From the IMG/VR virus record IMGVR_UViG_3300014204_000139, positions 1 to 64,000 of that record: 64,000 nt of DNA; one strand, 5' to 3'. Each line of letters opens with the position of its first letter. Position 1 is the first letter of the stretch. Shown here one piece after another: positions 28,958-37,229 of this stretch. A program made the translations under genes and the position numbers. The notes beneath the pieces are model-generated. The model was not told the DNA's origin and ran no database searches. It worked only from the letters and a program-made list of their open reading frames with translations. This stretch comes from a virus. Taxonomy: Duplodnaviria > Caudoviricetes.

Positions 28958-31305
28958 CTTTCTTCTTTCTCCTTATTATTTTTCTTTTTCCAAGGTTTTT
29001 CGTCTGATACATCTTTCATGTTATGAATTGGAATAATCCTATCCAGAATTTTTGCTGTTGGTTCTATAGCTTTTTCAATTATATTTGAATCTTTATATGC
29101 ATCAGGAGATTCATCAATTGTACCTCTACCAACTGACGTTGAATAAATTCCTTCCATATCTTTTTCAAATTTTTGTAGATCTAATTCCTCCTTAGCTTTT
29201 GATCTGGAATAAACTCTTCCTGCACCATGTGGTGCTGAGAAATTCCATTCTGAATTTGACTTTCCTTCACAAATTAAAATTCCGTCTCTCATATTAAAGG
29301 GAATTATCATTTTTTCCCCAATATAAGATCTTATTGCACCTTTTCTAATTATGTAATCTGTTGAATCTATATAATTATGAACAGTTTCAATTGTTTCTTT
29401 TACTTTAAAGTACTTTTCATATACAGTTTCTCTTAAAACAGAGATAATAGTTTGCATTATAATACGTCTGTTAGTAGAAGCATATTCTTGAGCAAAATAC
29501 ATATCTGAAAGATAACCATCCAAATCTTTACCTTTAAGATAATCCAACTCGCTTTTTTTAGTTGATCCTATTTTATTTTTTGCTTTTACTATTTCTTCTT
29601 GCCACTCTTTTTTAGGAAATTTTTCTTTAATTTCTAAAATTATTTTATTTATATCCGGGAGCGGTCTTTCATAGGCTATATTCTGCCAATATTCACAAAT
29701 CTTTTTACCTAAATTTCTTGATCCTGAGTGAATAGTAACCCAAATATTACCTGTATTTTGTGATTCTCCTAATTCTATGAAATGATTCATTTTTATCCCA
29801 TAGCCTTTTATTTTTTGTTCACATTACGGCTATAGATGGACTATCGCATCACCAAAATTATGGTGTTCTCTCGCTTAGTCTCTCACGGTACAATATTATA
29901 AAAATATTGCTTCCGCCCTGTCGTCCATGTCTGGACTTCCAAGTCAATCAGAGAGAATTTCAGATTAAGGTCTGGAGGCAACCAGTTTACCACCACCTAA
30001 ACTACCTAAAGAATAAACTGCATAATCAAAATCAATTCCTACTCTTTTACACAAAACTTTCACATCTGATGATAATCTTATTTTCCCTTTTTCATTAACA
30101 TTTATCCCAAAAGGGATTTTTTCTCTTATACCTTCATCTAAGCTAACATGATTAATAGTTAATTTTCCAACATTAAAAGATAGCATTCCACAATTATGAA
30201 CGAAAACTCCTGCTGACAAAGCAAAGTTGTGATATTTTTCTACTTGTAAACAATAAACATCTTCTTTATAATCTAATTTTTTAATAGATAAAACTTTATG
30301 ATTATTTATTATTTTATTACATGCCTTTTTATGTCTACCAAAACTACCTTTTCCCTTTATTCTTCTTCCACATTCACATTCAAAGATTTCTTCATTATTA
30401 AGATATTTAGATCCTCTTTTACCATTGTCTTTAAAATCTTCTTTCCATTTTCCTGAATTCATATAATCAGAAATATTTTTCTTTGCTACTTCTTGTTTTT
30501 TTTCTAAAAATTTTGGATTAAAATATTCACCTTTTAGATCCATTTTTAATTTCTTTTTTTCTTTAAAATCTTCTGTTGTAAAATAATTTCTTTGAGTAGC
30601 AGTAATTGAACAATGTTTATTTTTTGTTAAATATTCTATATTTTCTGGTGTATTATTATACCAACAATCATCTTTGTGATGAGTATGATAATCATATGGT
30701 CTCTTGCCATATAAAAATTCTCCAATAACATGATGTGTAGCTATTGGTTTTTGTTTTCCAGTTGAAACATGTTCATATCCATCTCTTGATTCATATGTTC
30801 TATATAATGGCATTAAACTATCTTTAATTTTTAAATCTTTAGCTTCTTTATAATTTCCATCAATTAACATAAATAATTGGTCAGGTGTGCATCTGATTAC
30901 TTCTCCACCACTAATTATTATTTCATATAATTCTGAATTTTCTTTAGTTTTAATTGCAGTTGCTAAACCAGGAACTATTTTTAAATTTTCATCTAATGAG
31001 TAGACATAGAATATTTTTTCAACTAAGTTAATTAAACTCTCTTGAAAACCATTCAATAGCGGAATTTTTGTAGATCCAACGAAACATCCGATATCTACCC
31101 CAACAACGTTGGGAACTAATTTATTTCCAACTTCCATTGTAAATCCAATTACAGATCCTTTACCAGAATGACAATCTGGCATAATAGATACAGGATTTGT
31201 AAAAGCTTCATGATTGATCATTTGAATTATTTGAGACATACAATTTTCATCAACTTGATCAATCATTATTTTTGCTTTTGTATATTTACCAGAATATTCA
31301 ATCAT
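28954..31305 (-). CDS. rtcB: RtcB RNA ligase; exons 31305-29989 and 29787-28954; contains an intein; mature protein about 418 aa
   Basis: MPDCHSG, VGVDIG|CGM, SLGSLGGG|NHFIE, HSGSR, HNY, SAPHGAGR, DESPDAYK motifs. Confidence 0.93.
29788..29988 (-). mobile_element. Group I intron, 201 nt, no homing endonuclease ORF
   Basis: Removal restores GGG-NHFIE in frame. The 5' exon ends in U and can pair with GCCUCC (P1, U-G wobble). GAGACUAA and GAUAGUCC (P7) are present, and the intron ends in G. Confidence 0.92.
30193..31086 (-). mobile_element. Intein, 298 aa, with an HNH-type endonuclease region
   Basis: Starts CFVGST, ends HNFALSAGVFVHN before Cys+1; internal HHKDDCWYNNTPENI...H. Confidence 0.93.
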
Positions 31306-31603
31306 TGCTTTTATCTTTCATAAAAAATTTTAAAAAATTTATATTTTTTGATTTTATTATTTCAACAGTATAGGAAATTTCACTGCATTTTTCAATTATA
31401 AAATTTCTATAACAAGAATTACAATAATAAGTTCTATGATATTTAAATGTATAGTTACGAGTTAATGGATAATTATCAAAAATACAAGAATAACAAGTTC
31501 GATTATAATTCATTAACTCATTTCTATGTATCACAAAAAGTTTAAGTTTCTCTTTAATTATTATTTCTTTTGGAATTTGAAGACTGTCTAAAATATTATC
31601 CAT
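31298..31603 (-). CDS. Hypothetical CxxC-containing protein
   Basis: CYSC...CNSC. Confidence 0.55.
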   Translation of the reverse strand: MDNILDSLQIPKEIIIKEKLKLFVIHRNELMNYNRTCYSCIFDNYPLTRNYTFKYHRTYYCNSCYRNFIIEKCSEISYTVEIIKSKNINFLKFFMKDKSND

Positions 31604-31962
31604 TAACCTAAACCAAAATTAATCACACATCTGTAACATTCAGGTTTTTGACATGGTTGGTATTTTTCTTTTTCCTTATTCCATTTATACCAATACTCTT
31701 TTTGATTACAATTATATATTCCTGATTCAACTTCTTCTATTACACAAAAATTGTTTGTAAATTCACAAATATCACCATAGTTATTCACAACACATTTTTC
31801 TGCTAATTTTAAAGTTGGAAACCATCCAACTGATCTTGATCTATTATCAAAGAATTTTTTTGTATTCTCATCAGGAATTCTCATTGTTGTTACAACAAAT
31901 ATTGTTTTTGATTTTCTTCTTCTTGGTTTTATATAAGTGAGTCGATAATGAATTCTTAGCAT
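31603..31962 (-). CDS. Hypothetical phage protein
   Basis: AAGGA RBS; GWF...DICE...VIEE motif. Confidence 0.65.
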   Translation of the reverse strand: MLRIHYRLTYIKPRRRKSKTIFVVTTMRIPDENTKKFFDNRSRSVGWFPTLKLAEKCVVNNYGDICEFTNNFCVIEEVESGIYNCNQKEYWYKWNKEKEKYQPCQKPECYRCVINFGLG

Positions 31963-31981
31963 ATTTAAATCCTTTCTTTAG

Positions 31982-32058
31982 TGGTACCCCTAGCAAGACT
32001 CGAACTTGCGACCCACTGATTAGAAGTCAGTTGCTCTATCCATCTGAGCTATAGGGGC
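31982..32058 (-). tRNA. tRNA-Arg(UCU)
   Basis: ACTGA-CTTCTAA-TCAGT arm; ACCA end. Confidence 0.96.
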
Positions 32059-32066
32059 ATCTTTTT

Positions 32067-32138
32067 GGTGAGTGAATGGATTTGAACCATCAATCCTGGA
32101 GCCACAATCCAGTGTCTTACCATTTGACGACACCCACC
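32067..32138 (-). tRNA. tRNA-His(GUG); G-1 encoded, CCA not encoded
   Basis: CTGGA-TTGTGGC-TCCAG arm; G-1:C73. Confidence 0.92.
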
Positions 32139-32150
32139 ATTAATTTTATG

Positions 32151-32223
32151 AGCGGTATACGAGACTCGAACTCGTAACAACTTGATTGGAAATCAAGAGC
32201 TCTACCAATTGAACTAATACCGC
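32151..32223 (-). tRNA. tRNA-Gly(UCC); CCA not encoded
   Basis: CTTGA-TTTCCAA-TCAAG arm; U73. Confidence 0.93.
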
Positions 32224-32225
32224 TT

Positions 32226-32301
32226 TGGTACTCCCAAACGGATTTGAACCGATGTTTTCAGATTGAAGGTCTGACTACCTAACCAATTAGTAGATGGGAG
32301 C
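32226..32301 (-). tRNA. tRNA-Glu(UUC) with C33
   Basis: TCAGA-CCTTCAA-TCTGA arm; ACCA end. Confidence 0.9.
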
Positions 32302-32313
32302 ATTTATAAAAGA

Positions 32314-32509
32314 GAGATAATAATAGGTGGGATTTGAAACCCACAGCTGTAACCAAAATATGAGCTAGCATCACTTTCGGCACCTTAATATTAGTATGTA
32401 TTAACCTATACAGCTTTTTTAACTTTCAACATTTTTTATCTCATCCGGGTTCGGACCCTGAAAATTATGTTTACTTGTTAGCATTTCCTTCTGCGACTAT
32501 TATTATCTC
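32314..32509 (-). ncRNA. Expanded tRNA-like RNA, 196 nt
   Basis: 13-bp terminal stem, D-like arm, T-like arm GTGGG-TTTCAAAT-CCCAC, two large internal stem-loop domains. Confidence 0.65.
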
Positions 32510-32666
32510 AAATTCTTTTTTATTTTTCATATATTATAATAACTTTTTTACCTTTTCTTTTTAGTTTTTTCAAAGGTAGATCGCCACATTTAGTTCCAGC
32601 AAATAAAGCTGCGGCTCCTTGATATTCTGATACTTCAAATTCTTGTATGATTTTATTCTTTTTCAT
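32508..32666 (-). CDS. Small basic protein, 52 aa (absent from the ORF track)
   Basis: MKKNKIIQEFEV...KKRI; starts 1 nt after the upstream stop. Confidence 0.5.
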
Positions 32667-32667
32667 A

Positions 32668-33084
32668 TTAATTAATGATTATAAACTTAGAAAATGAACC
32701 AGATGGAATATGAAAATCAAAACGACATCTATATTCTACAGGATATGAAATAACATCATCTATTATAGATTCAGGAGGATTTTTTACTGTTGTCTCATAT
32801 GTAATAATTAATTTTGACTGATCTATTGTTTTTACATCTTCATAAAATCTGCACTTTTGTATTGGAACTTTACCAAATTTTAAATAATTATTATGTTTTA
32901 TAACAAAATTTGCAAATTTTCCTTCATATGAAGATGCAGAACTTAAGAATGAACCTGTAGTTACATTAGAGTTTTTAGTTTCTAATTGAATTAAGGTTAA
33001 TTCAGCTAAATTTTGATTATAACATCCGCTTAAAATAAATAAAATAATTATAATAAGAAAGATCTTTAATTTCATCTTATTCAC
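32668..33084 (-). CDS. Lipoprotein-like protein
   Basis: ILSGC lipobox. Confidence 0.65.
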   Translation of the reverse strand: MNKMKLKIFLIIIILFILSGCYNQNLAELTLIQLETKNSNVTTGSFLSSASSYEGKFANFVIKHNNYLKFGKVPIQKCRFYEDVKTIDQSKLIITYETTVKNPPESIIDDVISYPVEYRCRFDFHIPSGSFSKFIIIN

Positions 33085-33667
33085 TTTCTTTATACCAATG
33101 ATTTTCTTGTACGTATTTTATAATTTTTTCTAAAGAATCAAAAACTTTTAGTTCATGTGTTACATGATATCTATCCAGCATTAGTTTATAAATTTTTTCT
33201 TCTTCATTAAATAACATATAATAAGAACCATTTTCAGATAAAGTATATTCGAAAATATCTATAAACTTAAAACCTGGATAAGTTTCATGAAGGGGTTTTA
33301 TAAATTCTAAAATTTCTTTAAGAGCTAAAATTGTTTTATTAAAAGATTCAATTGAGTTCTTAGTTAACATAACCTTAATGCATCTTTGACCAGTTTCAGG
33401 AAAATACCCACCATAATATAATCCTTTTTGTTGAACTATTTCTGAGTATTTATTATAAACTGTATAACCACTATTTTCATCTAATAATAAATTCCAATCA
33501 GTTGGATTTTTATCAATTTTAAGTTTTCCTATTTCATTTTTTATTTTTTCAATTTTCTTATAATTAGAACTAAGTTCAGATTGAATAGGTTCTAAAAGTT
33601 TAAATAATTCTTTTCTTCTTTCTACTAATTTTTTCATTTCTTTTTGTAAATTTAATTCAAGACTCAT
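33077..33667 (-). CDS. Hypothetical protein with an N-terminal coiled coil
   Basis: 196-aa ORF. Confidence 0.65.
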   Translation of the reverse strand: MSLELNLQKEMKKLVERRKELFKLLEPIQSELSSNYKKIEKIKNEIGKLKIDKNPTDWNLLLDENSGYTVYNKYSEIVQQKGLYYGGYFPETGQRCIKVMLTKNSIESFNKTILALKEILEFIKPLHETYPGFKFIDIFEYTLSENGSYYMLFNEEEKIYKLMLDRYHVTHELKVFDSLEKIIKYVQENHWYKESE

Positions 33668-33670
33668 TAA

Positions 33671-33808
33671 TCACCTATAATCTTTAAAAGAAGTTTCTTT
33701 CTCTTTTTTTAATAACCATTTTGTTAGAAATCTTTTCCAATATCCTTTTGGTTTTTTAAAAATCCCATCCTTTGTGAAATCCCACCAGCCACCTTTTGGA
33801 TTCTTCAT
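33671..33808 (-). CDS. Small Trp/Lys-rich protein, 45 aa (absent from the ORF track)
   Basis: MKNPKGGWWDF...; ATGA overlap with the upstream stop and fills the gap exactly. Confidence 0.5.
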   Translation of the reverse strand: MKNPKGGWWDFTKDGIFKKPKGYWKRFLTKWLLKKEKETSFKDYR

Positions 33809-34317
33809 TTTCTAATAAAATTAAAATTGTCAGGTTTATTTTTCATAATTTCAAATATTTTCTCTTCTGAGATAGGATAAAAATTATTATTATCTACTCC
33901 TATATCATGACATTTTCCTTGAACCATATCATTTAGACCTGAATGAGAATGTCCAAATAATAAAATACTGTTATAATGAGATCTTGGCCATACTAACATA
34001 GCATAATGACAAACAACAATATGTTGACTATTTATTGTTTTACACCACATTTCATGATAACTTCTATCCATCCACTTATCATGAGATCCTCTTATAAAAA
34101 AATGCTGTCCATTTAATCTTTTTATAATTTCTTCTAAATACTTTCTATCTCTTAGTGAAGCATCTCCACCATGAATTACAATATCATTTGGCTTAACTAT
34201 TTCATTATTTCTTTTAATTAATTCTTCATTCATTTCTTCAACTGAGTTAAAAGGTCTATTACAATATCGAATAATATTATAATGACCATAGTGTTCATCA
34301 CTAGTAAAAAAATACAT
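33805..34317 (-). CDS. Calcineurin-like phosphoesterase (COG4186-type)
   Basis: TSDEHYGHYNIIRYCNRPF, GGD, GSHD, CHY, GHSH, DIGVD. Confidence 0.9.
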   Translation of the reverse strand: MYFFTSDEHYGHYNIIRYCNRPFNSVEEMNEELIKRNNEIVKPNDIVIHGGDASLRDRKYLEEIIKRLNGQHFFIRGSHDKWMDRSYHEMWCKTINSQHIVVCHYAMLVWPRSHYNSILLFGHSHSGLNDMVQGKCHDIGVDNNNFYPISEEKIFEIMKNKPDNFNFIRK

Positions 34318-34776
34318 CTAATCGTCCTCTGTATTAGCTTTATAGCTTTTTATAAACTCAGTTGCTATTTCTATTTGTATTTGTTCCATGAATAAATCAG
34401 ATATCTCTTTTATTTTTAATAGTTGTTCTTCAGTAAAATATTCAATACTTTTTTTATAATAGGTATAAATTCTTCCTTTATCTATATAATAATAATCAAT
34501 ATCATTACTTTTATAGTATAGAGGACCCATTAATAAAGAATTTAATACAAAATGAATTTGTCTGCATAATATTGTATTATTTTCTTGTACAAATATACAT
34601 TCGCGAAATATTTCTTTAAATCTTTTTTTTAAACTAATTTTATGAAGCTTTTCGATTATTTTATCTCTATTTTTTCGTATTCTTTCCGTACCAAAATTTG
34701 TTCCATTAATATTATAAGCATATAAATTATAAAACATACAAACTAATACATCATAGAATGTGAATGGTAGTTTCAT
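34318..34776 (-). CDS. Hypothetical protein
   Basis: Coupled ORF. Confidence 0.55.
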   Translation of the reverse strand: MKLPFTFYDVLVCMFYNLYAYNINGTNFGTERIRKNRDKIIEKLHKISLKKRFKEIFRECIFVQENNTILCRQIHFVLNSLLMGPLYYKSNDIDYYYIDKGRIYTYYKKSIEYFTEEQLLKIKEISDLFMEQIQIEIATEFIKSYKANTEDD

Positions 34777-34988
34777 ATATCACTAGTCTTTCTTGTTCTT
34801 TTATAGTTTTGACTTATTATATTCATTTCATGTGATGTTTTTCTTTGATCACTGACTTCAATTATTTTCCAACTTCCTTCAAGTTCATCAATTTTAATTA
34901 ATTTGTTTAAATTTGCAAATTTTTCTGGAATGTATGCAGTTGTTTTTTTATTTTCTTTTTCTAAGATACATTGTTTTAAATAATACAT
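34773..34988 (-). CDS. Hypothetical protein
   Basis: GAGG RBS; QC...AYIPEKFA motif. Confidence 0.65.
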   Translation of the reverse strand: MYYLKQCILEKENKKTTAYIPEKFANLNKLIKIDELEGSWKIIEVSDQRKTSHEMNIISQNYKRTRKTSDI

Positions 34989-35010
34989 TTTAATGTTTCC
35001 TCTTTATGAT

Positions 35011-35093
35011 TGGTAGGGAAGAAGGGATTCGAACCCTTAAACCGAAGTATCCGCTCTTGAGGCGGACGTGTATGCCAGCTCCACCACTTCCCC
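35011..35093 (-). tRNA. tRNA-Leu(CAA)
   Basis: TCCGC-CTCAAGA-GCGGA arm, variable arm, ACCA end. Confidence 0.94.
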
Positions 35094-35102
35094 ACATTTA
35101 CT

Positions 35103-35179
35103 TGGTCTCTATGGGAAGATTCGAACTTCCGACTCTCTGGTCCCAGGCCAGATACGCTACCAGGCTGCGCTACATAGAG
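35103..35179 (-). tRNA. tRNA-Pro(UGG) with C33
   Basis: TCTGG-CCTGGGA-CCAGA arm; C1:G72, A73, CCA. Confidence 0.92.
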
Positions 35180-35184
35180 AAAAA

Positions 35185-35260
35185 TGGTGACCCCAATGGG
35201 ATTTGAACCCATCACCTACTGGTTAAAAGCCAGTTGCTCTACCAAATGAGCTATGAGGTC
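35185..35260 (-). tRNA. tRNA-Lys(UUU)
   Basis: ACTGG-CTTTTAA-CCAGT arm; ACCA end. Confidence 0.96.
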
Positions 35261-35266
35261 ACTGTT

Positions 35267-35647
35267 TTATTTTAAAATTAGAAAAGAATCTGGTAATTTT
35301 ACATTTTCTGGGATATCATAGTTAAAAAACAATGGCGCGATATCTAATGGTTTATAACCTGCAAGACCACATCCGATGGGAGTAACTAAGAATGTTAAAT
35401 TTGGATTTCTTTTAGCAAATCTTATAAATTTTCCAATTTGACTCTCAATTATTTTTAATGGTAAAATTTTAAGATTTCTATCTTTTGTTGCTATTCCATA
35501 ACACTTTCCCATTAAACCTGTTCCTACACCATTTCTTGCTCCAAATTTTTTTAGTGCTATTAAAGCTGCACCTTTACCATGTTTACCCGCGTAATTTGAT
35601 CCAAATACAAATATTTCATTATCTTTTAATTTTGTTATTTTATTCAT
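35267..35647 (-). CDS. Macro-domain-like phage protein
   Basis: IFVFGSNYAGKHGKGAA...FLVTPIGCGLAG. Confidence 0.8.
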   Translation of the reverse strand: MNKITKLKDNEIFVFGSNYAGKHGKGAALIALKKFGARNGVGTGLMGKCYGIATKDRNLKILPLKIIESQIGKFIRFAKRNPNLTFLVTPIGCGLAGYKPLDIAPLFFNYDIPENVKLPDSFLILK

Positions 35648-35659
35648 TTTAAACTCCAG

Positions 35660-35733
35660 TGGCTGGCGGAATAGGACTCGAACCTATATTAATGGCTTCA
35701 AGGGCCACTTACCTACCTTTAGTAGATCCGTCA
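35660..35733 (-). tRNA. tRNA-Gln(UUG) with C33
   Basis: GTGGC-CCTTGAA-GCCAT arm; U1:A72, G73, CCA; one A-C mismatch in the acceptor stem. Confidence 0.88.
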
Positions 35734-35830
35734 GTAATAAAAAATTGGTTCTTCTCTATCAATGATAAATTTATTTACAAATTTCCTACAAGGTCCATAA
35801 TAGACTCTTAAAATGTTTTTAACAAATAAT

Positions 35831-35849
35831 ATTCAGTTTTCAAAGAGCA
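35831..35849 (-). promoter_or_regulatory. boxA-like antitermination element upstream of the tRNA cluster
   Basis: TGCTCTTTGAAAACTGAAT on the minus strand, resembling rRNA-operon boxA. Confidence 0.6.
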
Positions 35850-35934
35850 TATCATTTAGATAGAGTTTCCAATAAAATTTTACCACATGCCCATGAGTAA
35901 AATTAAATTAGATTAAGAACCAATTTATTAAATT

Positions 35935-36591
35935 CTACATATTCCTGAATGATGTTACTAAATCAAATCCTCCCTTTACTATTTTATCTTTATTGGAAAT
36001 ATTTACTATTTTATCTTCATCTGAGTTAATGACATTACCAATAAAAGATACAATATCAACGTAAAGTTGTTCAGCCGGAATTAATAGTGGTATACCTTTT
36101 ATTTTTGAAAGGTTTGGACATCTTTCAAAAATCTCTACATAACTAACATGATTATAGATACCAGTCCGACTTATCATAAAAATTGGCGATTTAATTTTCT
36201 TATGAATCTTTATTAAATCTTTTTCTTCTACATTTAGAAAAGATTTCAAAATCATATCTTTGGATCTTTGGTTTCTTTTCTTAAATGTTAAAAAATCCAT
36301 ACTTGAATACATTAACTGATTCCAAATTCTTTGATCATTTAAATCTTCTTCAGATAATATTTTAGATTTCTTCTCTTCTTCCATTACTAAAAATAATTTT
36401 GAACAAATTACCAACCAATAAAAATAAATACAACGCTCATGTTCATAAATGTGGCTTGGATAAGAACTACAATTAATGTTATAAAATGTTGTAGTTTCAA
36501 AATTTGTTCTGTTAAAAACTATCTTTTTATCAATTCCATATTTACCAATCAAAAAATCATAGTAATCTTTAAAATTTGAAATCACTAACAT
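35935..36591 (-). CDS. Hypothetical phage protein
   Basis: ISNFKDYYD N-terminus and KIVKGGFDLVTSFR C-terminus. Confidence 0.75.
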   Translation of the reverse strand: MLVISNFKDYYDFLIGKYGIDKKIVFNRTNFETTTFYNINCSSYPSHIYEHERCIYFYWLVICSKLFLVMEEEKKSKILSEEDLNDQRIWNQLMYSSMDFLTFKKRNQRSKDMILKSFLNVEEKDLIKIHKKIKSPIFMISRTGIYNHVSYVEIFERCPNLSKIKGIPLLIPAEQLYVDIVSFIGNVINSDEDKIVNISNKDKIVKGGFDLVTSFRNM

Positions 36592-36610
36592 TTTGATTCC
36601 TTTCTTTATT

Positions 36611-36681
36611 TGGTAGTCGTGGGAGGATTTGAACCTTCGACCTGTCGCTTATAAGGCATCTACCTACTGAGCTACACGACT
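36611..36681 (-). pseudogene. Degenerate tRNA, Ile(UAU)-like, with a deletion between the D and anticodon stems
   Basis: Intact acceptor stem, T arm and ACCA; about 5 nt missing; loop CTTATAA. Confidence 0.7.
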
Positions 36682-36705
36682 ACAATGATTTATTTTACTC
36701 ACAAA

Positions 36706-36718
36706 TTAATATATGTAG
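36706..36718 (-). promoter_or_regulatory. Putative promoter motif CTAnATATATTA heading a minus-strand block
   Basis: Same motif at 39042-39054, 41253-41265 and 58841-58853, each upstream of a minus-strand unit. Confidence 0.65.
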
Positions 36719-36745
36719 TAATAACTTATTTAACTAAAAAATTCT

Positions 36746-36757
36746 GAACAAAATAAA
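36746..36757 (+). promoter_or_regulatory. Putative late promoter motif GAACAAA(W)nTAAA
   Basis: Also at 3730, 5123, 7048, 11543, 14189, 22991, 39100, 41311, 58923, 59486 and 62945. Confidence 0.65.
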
Positions 36758-36771
36758 GGAGGATACTATAT

Positions 36772-36858
36772 ATGATTGTACTTGATATTTTAAGAAGTCT
36801 TATTGTATTTCTAATTATACTTCTTTGGTATAGATTCTATAAAAGAACAAAAAAATAA
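36772..36858 (+). CDS. 28-aa single-TM peptide (absent from the ORF track)
   Basis: MIVLDILRSLIVFLIILLWYRFYKRTKK; AAGGAGG RBS, upstream promoter motif, downstream hairpin. Confidence 0.65.
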   Translation: MIVLDILRSLIVFLIILLWYRFYKRTKK

Positions 36859-36877
36859 TTTCTGGTTTTAATTAGAG

Positions 36878-36917
36878 ATGAGAGAGTGATAATCGACCAG
36901 AATTATCACTCTCTCAT
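36878..36917. terminator. 16-bp perfect hairpin between convergent units
   Basis: ATGAGAGAGTGATAAT/ATTATCACTCTCTCAT. Confidence 0.75.
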
Positions 36918-36933
36918 TCAGAAAGGAGAAAAT

Positions 36934-37197
36934 GGAACCAGAGAATATTGTAAAACTCCAAATAGCAGCTGGGAGTTGTTAAGATGCTGAGAGATGCACA
37001 ACTCGAATCCAGATTTTTCCAATGTCTTTAACCATAACTCTTAAGTCTTGTGTTACCCATTATTTTATCAGTCGGGTTAACTGTCAGTCTTGAACCATTA
37101 GTCCTTAGTCTTGGTTTTCTTTTCGCGCCATATTGTGATTAAATAATAATCTAATAATCGCACCCATTAACCCGAGGATACAGGGGCTCTCAATTCC
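36934..37197 (-). ncRNA. 264-nt structured ncRNA candidate with two 4x7-nt repeat blocks
   Basis: Ends pair (GGAAUUGAGAG/UUCUCUGGUUCC, G-U pairs on the minus strand); internal stems; heptamer blocks at 37113-37086 and 37050-37023. Confidence 0.7.
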
Positions 37198-37229
37198 TTA
37201 CTTTTACACTACCGAAGTCTTATTTTTAG

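Noticed and set aside
28954-29988. rtcB as a pseudogene or naturally split gene
   Set aside because: The gap has group I intron hallmarks and its exact removal restores the catalytic motif.
32485-32494. Shared GCAGAAGGA between the tRNA-like RNA and array hairpins 1 and 4
   Set aside because: Only 9 nt, in different structural contexts and absent from the other three hairpins; probably coincidence.
32314-32509. tmRNA
   Set aside because: No GGGG-type 5' end, no G3-U70 alanine identity, no CCA and no convincing tag frame; it is also short.
34976-35215. Track ORFs 34976-35215, 35006-35206, 27417-27617 and the 5' part of 25056-25334
   Set aside because: They overlap clear tRNA genes and are open only because tRNA sequence is GC-rich.
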